In this document: positions 1 to 9,024 of the stretch, in pieces
Position numbering within the stretch: the first letter of the stretch is position 1
How the letters are laid out: each line of letters begins with the position of its first letter
NCBI GenBank assembly: GCA_046581755.1
Contig: JAYGFR010000265.1
Location: forward strand, 1 to 23,092
Reading direction: 5' to 3'
Length of the DNA: 23,092 nucleotides
DNA from: Nitrospinota bacterium
GTDB lineage: Bacteria; UBA8248
Made by a program: the position numbers and the translations under genes
Notes under the pieces: model-generated
The model's database searches: none
The model's input: the letters and a program-made list of their open reading frames with translations, nothing else
Told to the model about the DNA's origin: nothing

Positions 1-108
1 TAGCTGAACAGGTAGTGAAAATTTCCATCCCGGCCAAGACGAGATCGTTTACCGAACCCATTTTTCGATAATGAGGTTCGCTTGTTATCCGATAGACTTT
101 ATATATAA

Positions 109-260
109 GAGACCGCTGAAAAACTATTCTAGGGGGCATTCGGCAAGAGATATTCCCCCCCCCAAATCATATCATAATAGAAGCTTTTCTATATAATTTG
201 CTACTATTGGATATTTTATCGGTCCGGAGAAGCTCACTTTGGGACTTTTTCAGCAGTCTC
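109..260. mobile_element. MITE / non-autonomous IS derivative (IS5/IS1182-like ends)
   Basis: Left end GAGACCGCTGAAAAACT (109-125) matches the reverse complement of the right end ACTTTTTCAGCAGTCTC (244-260), i.e. GAGACTGCTGAAAAAGT, at 15/17. TATAA directly repeated on both sides (104-108, 261-265). AT-rich interior with no ORF. Family assignment is from recalled end style only. Confidence 0.75.
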
Positions 261-576
261 TATAAGGTCGATATTTGTAATATTTTGAACCGGCAATTCC
301 CAAGTGGCCTCTTGGTTTAGGAAAATTTAACACAATCGCTCTCGGGTAGAGCGTAATATTCACCCGTGGGCCGGCCATAAGCCCCACCTTTGAGAACGGG
401 ATGTTTCCCCTCAGGCGAGGTGGACCCGATGTCCACCCTCCTCTGGTTCCAGGCCTTTTATCTGGAAACTGATTTCATGGCCGCCGCTGCCGGCCGGGCG
501 CGTATACCGCTGCCATCCGGGAGCATATGAAAAACGGGCATCCCGGACAGGGTTGAAAAGAAAGAGGATAGCGCGT

Positions 577-1368
577 ATGGAATTCGCCGCGAACAAGTCC
601 ACGGCCGCTTTGGTGGCATTGGCGGTTCTTTGGGCGCTGGAGGGGTGGATCCCCTTTTTCCACGACTTCAACGAGCGCGGAAAACGCTACCCCCATGCCG
701 GGCGAAATTTCGCGCTGGGCGCGTTCAACGCCCTGGTTATGGGCGCGCTCTTCTCGGGGCTGGTGGTCTGGGCCTCCACGCAGGCGCGAGGGTCGGGCAT
801 GGGCCTGCTTTCCTGGCTTGGGCTCCCCGCCTGGGCCGAGACCCTCTTCGCCGTTCTGATCTTCGACGCCTGGATGTACCTTTGGCACCGGCTGAACCAC
901 ATCGTGCCGATCCTTTGGAGGTTCCACCGGGTTCATCACTCCGACCCGCGCATGGACGTGACATCCGGCGTCCGGTTTCATCCGGGGGAAATCGCCCTTT
1001 CTTTTCTGTTCCGCATTCCGGTGGTGCCCCTTCTCGGAATCACGGTGTGGCAGCTCGCTATCTACGAAAGTTTTCTCTTGCCCATCATCTTGTTTCACCA
1101 CAGTAACCTCGCCATTTCCGGCAAGGCGGACGCCGTCCTGCGCTGGATCATCGTCTCACCGAACATGCACCGGGTGCACCACTCGGACTGGCAGCCTGAG
1201 ACGGATTCTAACTACGCGAGCGTCTTCTCGTGGTGGGATCGGATTTTCAGGAGCTACCGCTGGCGGGAGGACTACCACGCCATCCATTACGGGCTCCGGG
1301 AGTTTGCGGACCCTGGCTGGCACACACTGAAGGGAATTCTCAAAACGCCATTGCATAAACAAAAGTAG
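577..1368 (+). CDS. Sterol desaturase / fatty acid hydroxylase family membrane protein
   Basis: His boxes HRLNH, HRVHH, HHSN and HRVHH, plus an SNY...WDR motif and several TM segments. AGAGGA RBS precedes ATG 577 (ORF track starts at TTG 553). Confidence 0.9.
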   Translation: MEFAANKSTAALVALAVLWALEGWIPFFHDFNERGKRYPHAGRNFALGAFNALVMGALFSGLVVWASTQARGSGMGLLSWLGLPAWAETLFAVLIFDAWMYLWHRLNHIVPILWRFHRVHHSDPRMDVTSGVRFHPGEIALSFLFRIPVVPLLGITVWQLAIYESFLLPIILFHHSNLAISGKADAVLRWIIVSPNMHRVHHSDWQPETDSNYASVFSWWDRIFRSYRWREDYHAIHYGLREFADPGWHTLKGILKTPLHKQK

Positions 1369-1372
1369 ATTT

Positions 1373-3397
1373 TTATCGGGAGCGGGACCGGGAGCGGTTT
1401 CCGTTCGGCTTGAGGGCATCGAGGATTTCGGCGGCACGGGCGCGAAGGGCCTCCAGGCCGGTCCGCGCCGGGTCGATGTCTCCGCCTTCGATGAGGCCGA
1501 TCAATTCGGCGCGCACATGCTCGCGGATAGAGGGGGGGATTCCCTCGGTGGCATCGTTCACCATCCGCTGAAGAGAGTCGGTCCAGATGCGCTCGAATTC
1601 CTCCCGCGCCAGGCCGTATGAAAACCGCGCCACACCCTCCCCCCGCGCCTGAAGCTCGCGCCTTCGCGCGGCGGTGGCCTCCGCGTCGAACCCCTTCCCT
1701 TCCAGGACCACCCCGTAGGCGCTCTCGGCCATTTCGGGCGAGACGAACCCGTCCTCGACATCGCGCAGCACGGCCTCCGGGCTCCGCTCCCATGCCGGGC
1801 CGAAACCGCCCCCGCCCGCCGTCTCCATGTGGACCACCCCGCCCGGCGGAACATCGAGGATGTTGATCTTGTCGATGGGCTCCTTTTCCCCGCCCGGCCA
1901 TTGGGCGAAGTTCCGACCGTTGTCGCCGGGCGCTCCGCCGTCCCGTCCCCAGGGCTGGAAGCGGAACCGCTCGAGGCCGCGGGAGGTCACGATCGACCCC
2001 GGCGAGAGCACGCGCAGCGAATAGCGCAGGCCGCACCCGCCCCGCGTCCGGCCCGCCCCCGCCGAATCCGGAATCAGTCCGCAAACCTCCACCACCACGG
2101 GCGTCTCGGATTCGAGGACCTCGGTCGGGATGTTCCGGTAAAACCCCGTGGTGAAGTCCACGCCGTCGGTTCCGTCCTCGCCCGGGCGCGCGCCCGATCC
2201 CCCCACCAGGGGCTGGACGATGCTCACCACGCGCTTGCCGGTCGAAACCTCGGGGGTGGAGACGAGCATGATCGAGCCCTGCCCGCAGCCGGCCGCGGGG
2301 AGGCGGCCCGGCACCGCCTGGCTGAGGGCGCCCAGAACGATGTCGGCCAGCCGGAAAAAGGTGGCCTGCCGCGCCCCGCAAGGAGCGTTGGGCTCCGGGT
2401 TCAGCAAGGACCCCTTGGGGACGGCCACCCGGACGGGCCGGACGAGGCCGGAGTTGTACACCAGGTCCGGCTTGACTGTCCGCATGTAGTTCACCAGTCC
2501 GAGGACCAGGAGATAGTGGCCGTCGGCCCCGTAGGAGGGGATGTTGAAGGCCGCCGAGACCTGGGGGTCGGTTCCCTCGAAGTCGAGCGTTAGCTCGTCC
2601 CCGCGTACCCGGATGTTGAGCCGCATCCGAACCGGGCGGCCGCCGGGCACGAAATCGCCCTCCAGATAGTCCCAGAATTCGTGGTCCCCGTCGGGGAGTT
2701 CGCCGATGATGTCGCGCGCCTGGTTTTCGGCGTAGCCGAGCACCTCGTAGAGGGCCTGGCGCATGGTTCCGGCGCCGAATTTATCCGCCAGATGATGAAG
2801 CCGCTCCTCGGCCCGGCTCAGTGTCCCCAGCAGGGCGAGCAGATCGCCCCGGCAACGCTCGGGCGTCCGGGTGTTCCGGAGAAAAAACCGGATGATTTCC
2901 TCGCGGATCTCGCCGCCCTCGACCAGCTTGGTGACGGGGATGACGGTTCCCTCCTGAAACAGATCCACCGCCGAGGGGGCGACCGAACCGGGGGCCATTC
3001 CCCCGACGTCGGTGCAATGAATAAAAGCGCAGGCAAAACAGATGAGCTCTCCCCCGTGGAAGATGGGCCGCCAGCCGAACACGTCGGGCAGATGCGCCAC
3101 CAGCCCCCGGCTCTCGTCCGGATCGTTCGTGAACCAAACGTCGCCCTCCCGGTAGGGCCCCCCGGCGTCGATGACGGCCTTGTAGTTTTGCCCGATGGCC
3201 ACCCAGAGGCCGATCCGCTTGGAGCACGCGGCCACCTCGCCCTCGGGGGTGACGAGGGCGACGACGAAATCCTGCGTCTCCTTGACGAACACCGTGTGCC
3301 CGCAGCGCGTCATCATCTCCCCCATCTCCTCGACGATGCCCTGCATCTGGCAGCGCACCACCTCGAGCAGAACGGGGTCCATCTTTCCGCCCGTCAT
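1373..3397 (-). CDS. Hydantoinase B / 5-oxoprolinase family subunit
   Basis: MDPVLLEV N-terminus, ETQDF, TNDP, HLPD, HCTDVGG..PGS, DLFQEG, DFEGTDPQ, NIPTEVLE, GGGGFG motifs. Start placed at ATG 3397; ATG 3382 is also possible. Confidence 0.92.
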   Translation of the reverse strand: MTGGKMDPVLLEVVRCQMQGIVEEMGEMMTRCGHTVFVKETQDFVVALVTPEGEVAACSKRIGLWVAIGQNYKAVIDAGGPYREGDVWFTNDPDESRGLVAHLPDVFGWRPIFHGGELICFACAFIHCTDVGGMAPGSVAPSAVDLFQEGTVIPVTKLVEGGEIREEIIRFFLRNTRTPERCRGDLLALLGTLSRAEERLHHLADKFGAGTMRQALYEVLGYAENQARDIIGELPDGDHEFWDYLEGDFVPGGRPVRMRLNIRVRGDELTLDFEGTDPQVSAAFNIPSYGADGHYLLVLGLVNYMRTVKPDLVYNSGLVRPVRVAVPKGSLLNPEPNAPCGARQATFFRLADIVLGALSQAVPGRLPAAGCGQGSIMLVSTPEVSTGKRVVSIVQPLVGGSGARPGEDGTDGVDFTTGFYRNIPTEVLESETPVVVEVCGLIPDSAGAGRTRGGCGLRYSLRVLSPGSIVTSRGLERFRFQPWGRDGGAPGDNGRNFAQWPGGEKEPIDKINILDVPPGGVVHMETAGGGGFGPAWERSPEAVLRDVEDGFVSPEMAESAYGVVLEGKGFDAEATAARRRELQARGEGVARFSYGLAREEFERIWTDSLQRMVNDATEGIPPSIREHVRAELIGLIEGGDIDPARTGLEALRARAAEILDALKPNGNRSRSRSR

Positions 3398-3446
3398 GAT
3401 TTCACCCCACCAGTCATGATCTTGCCCCACCCGTCATGATTTCACC
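3391..3446. repeat. 20-bp tandem repeat (~2.8 copies) at the hydantoinase A/B junction
   Basis: ccgtcatgatttcaccccac (3391-3410), cagtcatgatcttgccccac (3411-3430), ccgtcatgatttcacc (3431-3446). Confidence 0.9.
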
Positions 3447-5479
3447 TCGGCGCGAATGTTTCCCCGCGCGTCCGCCCAGAAGGCGAAGCGGGGGGTGATG
3501 AAGATGATCGTATCGTACTGGGTCACCACGGCCGGCCCCTCGAGGCGCACCTCCGGGGGGAGGTCCGCGCGCCGGTAGACCTTCGCCGCCACCCGCTCGC
3601 CCCGGTAGAGGACGCTTCGCTCCCCGGCGGCCCGCGGCGGTCCCTTCGAATCCGGAAGTGCCCCTCCGGCGGGGATGGGCGGCGGATTCCGCACCTTCGC
3701 CAAAAGGCGGAGCTGGAGCACCTCGATGGGGCATTCCGGGTCCTGATAGCCGTAGACCTGCTCGTAGCGACTGCGGAAGGCGTCTCCCGGGTCATGCCCA
3801 CCCGCCGGGTCATGCCCACCATCTACATCCAGCTCGACCGTGAGGTCGAACGATTGGCCCACGAAGCGCATGTCGGCGCTCCGCTCAAAGACGGCGCTCT
3901 CCGGAGAGAGGCCCTGGCCCGTCAGCCACCCGGCGGCCTCCCGCTCGAGATCGGCGAAAATCTCCTCCAGCGCCCGGAGCTCGGAGAGCCTTTCCCGCAC
4001 GCTCCGGACGAAATCCATCTGAAGGTCGGTCAGGGCCGCGCCAAGGGCGCACATGGCCCCCGGCGTCCGGGGGATAAGGAGACGGGTCAGGCCCGCCTCC
4101 TCGGCGAGGAAAAAGGCGTGGGTGGGCCCCGCTCCCCCGTAGGGGACGAGAATGAATTCGCGCTGATCGACCCCGTAGCGGGCGATCATGGGAAGAAATT
4201 CGGCGTACATGTTGGCGGTGGCGATTCGCAGGATGGCCTCGGCCGTCCGGGCGGCATCGAGCCCCATGCGCTCGCCCAGGGCGCCGACAACCTCCTCGGC
4301 CAGGCGCGAGGAGAGTTCCATCTCCCCGCCCAGCAGGTCGCGGGGCCCGAGAATGCCCGAGACCAGATAGGCGTCGGTGACGGTGGGCTCCCGGCCCCCC
4401 CTTCCATAGCAGGCCGGGCCGGGATGGGCGCCGGCCGAGCGGGGCCCCACCTTGAGGACGGCCTGATCGTCCAGCCAGGCGATCGAGCCGCCGCCCGCGC
4501 CGAGGGTGTTGATGGCGATGGCGGGCATGAAGAGGGGAAAATCTCCGATGACGCTTTCGGTGCCGAAGCGGGGCGCCTCGTCCACCACCGCCATGTCTGC
4601 GCTGGTCCCGCCCATGTCGAGGGTGAAAAAGCGATTCATGCCCTCTTCCCGCGCTTCCTTCACCGCCGCCATCACCCCCGAGGCCGGACCCGAGAGCATC
4701 GTCCGCACCGGAACCCGGGCGGCGTCGGCGACCGACATCGTGCCGCCGTTCGATTGGGTCACGAGGAGCGGGCATCCGATTCCCAGCCGCCGGAGTCCGG
4801 TTTCGAGCCGCCCGTAGTAGCGCGACATCGCCGGTCCCGTGTAAGCGTTCATGATGGCGACCAGCGCCCGCTCGTATTCGCGCTGCTGCGGCCAGGTATC
4901 CACGGAGGTGCACAGGAACAGATCGGGCCATTCGACCGAGACAATCTCCCGGGCGAGGCGCTCGTGTTCGGGATTGGCGTAGGAGTGGAGAAAGCAGATG
5001 GCGATGGCCTCGGCGCCCGCATCGGCGAGGGCGTGCGCCGCTTCGCGGACCGAGGCGGGCTCCAGGGGCCTGAGGATCGAGCCGTCGGCCATCGTCCGCT
5101 CGGCCACCTCCCGGACGTGGGCCCTCCGGACGAGGGGAACCGGGCGGGCCGCGTCGTAGCTCGGGGCGTCGGGCAGGCGCGTCCTGCGGATCTCCAGGAC
5201 ATCGCGATAGCCCTGGGTGACGAGAAGGCCCGTCCGCCCGCCGGCGCGCTGGATCACGGTGTTGAGCGCAAGGGTGGTTCCTGCGCCGAAATAGACCACG
5301 CTGGCCGGCTCCACCCCGGCTTCCCCGAGGGAGGCCTCGACGCCCGCGAGCACCCCCTCGACGGGGTCCTCGGAGGTCGTGGGCACCTTGCGCACTCTCA
5401 GGCGGCCGCTTCCCTCCTCCAGGAGGGCGATGTCCGTGAACGTGCCCCCGACATCGACGCCCACCCGCCAGCCGCTCAC
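3434..5479 (-). CDS. Hydantoinase A / oxoprolinase family subunit (ATP-binding)
   Basis: GVDVGGTFTD, CFLHSYANPEHE, SGPASGV, DMGGTSAD, GAGGGS, GPRSAGAHPGPACYGRGG, PTVTDA, YGGAGPTH. GTG 5479 is preceded by GGAGGAAGG. The ORF-track extension to 5947 is read-through over the fdrA remnant. Confidence 0.93.
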   Translation of the reverse strand: MSGWRVGVDVGGTFTDIALLEEGSGRLRVRKVPTTSEDPVEGVLAGVEASLGEAGVEPASVVYFGAGTTLALNTVIQRAGGRTGLLVTQGYRDVLEIRRTRLPDAPSYDAARPVPLVRRAHVREVAERTMADGSILRPLEPASVREAAHALADAGAEAIAICFLHSYANPEHERLAREIVSVEWPDLFLCTSVDTWPQQREYERALVAIMNAYTGPAMSRYYGRLETGLRRLGIGCPLLVTQSNGGTMSVADAARVPVRTMLSGPASGVMAAVKEAREEGMNRFFTLDMGGTSADMAVVDEAPRFGTESVIGDFPLFMPAIAINTLGAGGGSIAWLDDQAVLKVGPRSAGAHPGPACYGRGGREPTVTDAYLVSGILGPRDLLGGEMELSSRLAEEVVGALGERMGLDAARTAEAILRIATANMYAEFLPMIARYGVDQREFILVPYGGAGPTHAFFLAEEAGLTRLLIPRTPGAMCALGAALTDLQMDFVRSVRERLSELRALEEIFADLEREAAGWLTGQGLSPESAVFERSADMRFVGQSFDLTVELDVDGGHDPAGGHDPGDAFRSRYEQVYGYQDPECPIEVLQLRLLAKVRNPPPIPAGGALPDSKGPPRAAGERSVLYRGERVAAKVYRRADLPPEVRLEGPAVVTQYDTIIFITPRFAFWADARGNIRAEVKS
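3787..3820. repeat. In-frame 18-bp-period duplication inside hydantoinase A (GGHDPA-GGHDPG)
   Basis: ccgggtcatgcccacc at 3787-3802 and 3805-3820. Confidence 0.8.
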
Positions 5480-5517
5480 AGCCTTCCTCCGCGAAAATCC
5501 ACCGGCACCCCGATCAC

Positions 5518-6095
5518 TTAAAAACCGCGCCGGGCCGCCCGGAGCGCCATCCCGGCCGCCAGGGCATTCGCCGGGGCGACCGCCACCCCCGCCGCAACGA
5601 GCTTTTTCACCTGGGCCGAGTAGACCTAGGGATCGTCCTCGGTGCCGCAGAGCGAGGCCACGGCAACCGCCTTCCTCTCCCCCATTCCGGCCAGCACCTG
5701 GGCGATCTCTCCTCCCGGGTCCGAATGCGCCCCATGGCCGATGACGACATCGAACAAAACCGCCGCCACCCCCGGCTCCCGGAGGGCGCGGACCAGGAGT
5801 TCGTTTCGGGACGCGGGGTCGATCATCGGGTGGGGCCGCCCGCATAGAGCCCCCGTATCCATTTCCGTTCCGGCTCCAGAGCCGCCGACGCTTCCCGCGC
5901 CGCCCGCTCGGCAGCGGGATCGGGCTCCACCGCCTTTCCGGCGGCATCTACGACCGCTGCCATCTGCGTGGCCGCCGGCCGTGCGTTCGGGGGAAGATCC
6001 CCGGCTTCGAGCCCCAGAAAACAAACCGTGACCGGCTTCGCGGATTTTCCGATGCGCTCGAATACCCGGCGGGACACCTCCTCCGAGGGCGGCTT
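5518..6095 (-). pseudogene. fdrA: Remnant of acyl-CoA synthetase FdrA-like gene (5'-truncated, internal deletion with frameshift, amber stop)
   Basis: KPPSEEV...KPVTVCFLG...IRGLYAGG in one frame. GRPHPMIDP...VLFDVVIGHGAHSDP...VASLCGTEDDP*VYSAQVKKLVAAGVAVAPANALAA in another, ending at TAA 5520-5518. These are characteristic FdrA motifs; the N-terminal part is absent. Confidence 0.85.
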
Positions 6096-6117
6096 CGGCC
6101 TCGCCCGTGGCTTCTAT

Positions 6118-6183
6118 TTACCGGAGACTCGATACCTCACTACCGGAAATTCGGAACTTCATTACCGGAAATTCGATACCTCC
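6118..6183. repeat. 22-bp tandem triplication of the last 7 codons of the Gfo/Idh/MocA gene
   Basis: ttaccggagactcgatacctca (6118-6139), ctaccggaaattcggaacttca (6140-6161), ttaccggaaattcgatacctcc (6162-6183). Confidence 0.88.
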
Positions 6184-7157
6184 ACCGCCCGCCCGGTGTT
6201 GACGCTTTCGATGATGGCCTCTAACACGGCCACAACCTCGACCCCCTCCGCGCCGCCGACTTCGGGCCGCCCGCCCCCTCGAATGCACCGGGCAAACTCC
6301 GCGAATTCATCCGCCAGCGCATCGCCCCCCTCCACGGGAAGTTCGCTCCGGGCGGCCTCGTCCTTTTTCTGGACATACAGCTTCGTTCCGTCCTCATCGC
6401 TCCAGGCGGAGGCCTTAGTCCCATAAACGGAAGTGGAGATGATGGCGGGAACGACGATCGAGGTCTGGAGATAGCCGAGGGGGCCGCCCTCGAATTCCAT
6501 CCCGACGATGGAAACGTCGTCCAGCTCGCCGCCCGCGAACAGTTTCTTGCTGAACGCGAATACGCGCTTGATGGGTCCCGCGAGGTAGTGGAAGTTGTCG
6601 ATCTTATGAACTCCGAGGGCCGTCAAGCCGCCGATCGGGCACTCGCCGGGGTCGTTCCGCCAGCCCTGGCGCGGGACCTGCCCGTTGGCGTTGGTGATGT
6701 TGGCCTCGAGCTGATGCACCATCCCGAGCTCGCCCGCATCGATCATCTCGCGGAGACGCCGCGTGGCGCCCAGGCGGCGGCGGTTGTGCCCCACCTGGAG
6801 GACGACGCTGGCCTTTTCCGCCGCCTCCACCGCCCGCCTTCCGCTCTCCACGGTCAGCGAGAGCGGCTTTTCGACGAAGACGTGCTTTCCCGCCGAGGCG
6901 GCCTGGACGATGATGTCCGCGTGCGTGGAATGGGGGGTGACGACAAGCACGCCCTCCACCTCATCGTCCGCCAAAAGCGCGTCCAGGCTGTCCGCCGATC
7001 GGCAACCCACCTCCTTCTCGAAGGCCTTGCGGGTCTCCTCGGTCCGCGAGAAGCCGGTGACGACCTCAGCCTCCCTGCTCCGCTCCACCGCTCCGGCCAG
7101 CTTTCCCGCCCACCTTCCCACACCGATGATTCCGAAACGCACCTTGTCCTGCGCCAT
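6162..7157 (-). CDS. Gfo/Idh/MocA family NAD(P)-dependent oxidoreductase
   Basis: Rossmann GIIGVG, AGKHVFVEKP, GHNRR, GVHKID motifs. GAGGA RBS; start 7157 or 7163. Confidence 0.92.
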   Translation of the reverse strand: MAQDKVRFGIIGVGRWAGKLAGAVERSREAEVVTGFSRTEETRKAFEKEVGCRSADSLDALLADDEVEGVLVVTPHSTHADIIVQAASAGKHVFVEKPLSLTVESGRRAVEAAEKASVVLQVGHNRRRLGATRRLREMIDAGELGMVHQLEANITNANGQVPRQGWRNDPGECPIGGLTALGVHKIDNFHYLAGPIKRVFAFSKKLFAGGELDDVSIVGMEFEGGPLGYLQTSIVVPAIISTSVYGTKASAWSDEDGTKLYVQKKDEAARSELPVEGGDALADEFAEFARCIRGGGRPEVGGAEGVEVVAVLEAIIESVNTGRAVEVSNFR

Positions 7158-7258
7158 TTTCATTTTCCTCACGGTTGAAAAATTTCGGGGCCGCGCGCGC
7201 GGGGCGGCGAATTTCTTTTATTCTTTTCTTTTCCTAATCCGACATCTTCTTTTTCTCT

Positions 7259-8146
7259 TCACCGAAATCCATACAGCGCGGCGGGGTTGTCCACCAGGAT
7301 TTTCCGGCGCACGGCTTCGTCCGGCGCCCAGTCGGCGAGCTGATCGAGTATGTCCCCGTCGTTGGGACAAAACTTGAAAAAATAGACGTGGGGCCAGTCC
7401 GAGCCCCAGAGCATCCGGTCCGGGTTGGCCTCCACCAGCGCGCGGCCGAAGGGATCGACGTCCCGGTAGGGCGGGCGATCGAGACCCGTGATGCGGTTCG
7501 GGGCCGTGAGCTTCACCCAGGCGCGCCCGTCGCGCACGAGATTGAGAAACTCCCGGAAACCCGGGTGCCCGGTTCCCTCGGAGGTGGGGATATAACCCAG
7601 ATGCCCGAACACCGAATCCACCGCCAGGGCGGAGAAGGTTTTCCGGATATCGGGAAAATCGTTCACGTGGATCAAAAACTCCATGTGCCAGCCCAGGCTC
7701 TGGATGCGCTCCGCCATTAATCCGATCTCATCGAAGGAGGCGAACGGGTTGCCGCCCGGGTCGGCCAGGTTGATCCGGATGCCCCGGACGCCGGCCTCGT
7801 TCATCCGCTCCAATTCGGCGTCGGTGACCGATCCGTCCACCGCCGCCACGGCGCGGAGGCGGCCGCTCTCCCCGGCGAGCGCGTCCATGATCATCGCGTT
7901 GTCGGTTCCGTAGGCGCTGGCCTGGACCAACACCCCGCGCTCGATGCCGAGGATCCGGTGGAGCCGGAAATAATCCTCGAGCGGGCAGGGGGGCGGCGTG
8001 TACCCGCGCCGGGGGGAGAGGGGATATTTCTCCTCGGGGCCAAAAACGTGGGCGTGCGTGTCGCATGCCCACGCCGGGATCTCGATGCGGGGGGCTCTTG
8101 GTTCGGGGTCGGGCCCCGGGCAGAGGGAATACCTATCGTCCTCCAT
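7259..8146 (-). CDS. Amidohydrolase family protein (2-pyrone-4,6-dicarboxylate lactonase LigI-like)
   Basis: CDTHAHVFGP, LVQASAYGTDN, GVRGIRIN, WVKLTAP, MLWGSDWPH, ILVDNPAALYGF. AAGGAG RBS before ATG 8146. Confidence 0.9.
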   Translation of the reverse strand: MEDDRYSLCPGPDPEPRAPRIEIPAWACDTHAHVFGPEEKYPLSPRRGYTPPPCPLEDYFRLHRILGIERGVLVQASAYGTDNAMIMDALAGESGRLRAVAAVDGSVTDAELERMNEAGVRGIRINLADPGGNPFASFDEIGLMAERIQSLGWHMEFLIHVNDFPDIRKTFSALAVDSVFGHLGYIPTSEGTGHPGFREFLNLVRDGRAWVKLTAPNRITGLDRPPYRDVDPFGRALVEANPDRMLWGSDWPHVYFFKFCPNDGDILDQLADWAPDEAVRRKILVDNPAALYGFR

Positions 8147-8277
8147 GACATCTCCTTCGATCGCGAGGGGCCGCTCGGGTGAGCCCGCTCGGCCGGGGCC
8201 GGGCCGTGGCCGCGGCGGCGCAACCGTCCCGCCCGCGAATCCGCGCATTTTACGGCAAGGCCGCTGCGGCTCAAACG

Positions 8278-8997
8278 CTAGGGCTTGAAATCCGGCGAGA
8301 GGGCCTGGATCCGCCTCTCGTAGTAGTTCCACGAAAACTCGTACAGCAGATCGTAGGGGGCGTTCGTGCCCAGCTTCCGGGCCAGGGCGCCGTCGAGGGG
8401 GCGCGCCGCGCCGCCCTGCCAGGCGAGGTGCTGGGTCTGGGCCGCCTTCTCGAGATAAACCGCCCGCATGCAGGCCTCCCGGACGCTCGCGCCGTGGGTC
8501 AGGATTCCGTGATAGGTGATGATGGTGGCGGGACACTCCCCCATCCGGTCCAGGATGGCCCCGGCCAACTCGAAGGAGTAGACCCGCTCGGGCGAGTCCT
8601 CGAAAAGGGGCACGCCGTTGGCGTAGAAATAGGTTCCGAACTGATCGAAGGGCTCGATGCTCTTGCCCTGGGCGGCCACGGCCAGGCAATAGGGCGCGTG
8701 GGTGTGAACGGCGGCCGCCATCCCGGGCCGGTCCCGGAACAGGGCGGCGAAGAGCACCCATTCGTTGTGCTTGCGCCCCTCGCCCTCGACGACGTTTCCC
8801 TCGTAGTCGATGCGGAGCAGATCGCCCGGATGCACCTCGTCCAGGCCCATGGGCATCTGCTTCATCCAGAACGAGGCGCCGTCGGCCGCCCGCGCTCCGA
8901 CAAATCCCAGGATGGCGTCCGTCTGGCCCAGAAAACCCAGGATCCGCCCGGCGAGGGCGACCCGGTAGCGAAGTTCGGGCTCACTCGTGCTCGGCAT
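8278..8997 (-). CDS. Class II aldolase/adducin family metalloenzyme
   Basis: GFVGAR, GLDEV..GDLLRID..GNVVEG, AVHTHAPY, YHG..THG.SVREA...YLEKAA. GGAG RBS. Confidence 0.88.
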   Translation of the reverse strand: MPSTSEPELRYRVALAGRILGFLGQTDAILGFVGARAADGASFWMKQMPMGLDEVHPGDLLRIDYEGNVVEGEGRKHNEWVLFAALFRDRPGMAAAVHTHAPYCLAVAAQGKSIEPFDQFGTYFYANGVPLFEDSPERVYSFELAGAILDRMGECPATIITYHGILTHGASVREACMRAVYLEKAAQTQHLAWQGGAARPLDGALARKLGTNAPYDLLYEFSWNYYERRIQALSPDFKP

Positions 8998-9024
8998 TTC
9001 GTTTTCTCCCCAATGGTTCCGGCT

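Noticed and set aside
397..545. Hairpin GGTGGAC/GTCCACC and long-range CGGGATG/CATCCCG pairing upstream of the desaturase
   Set aside because: No match to any riboswitch I know, and such short stems are expected by chance at this GC content.
5626..5628. Amber read-through (pyrrolysine) in fdrA
   Set aside because: The gene is also truncated and frameshifted. A CAG-to-TAG transition is simpler, and no pyl genes are in view.
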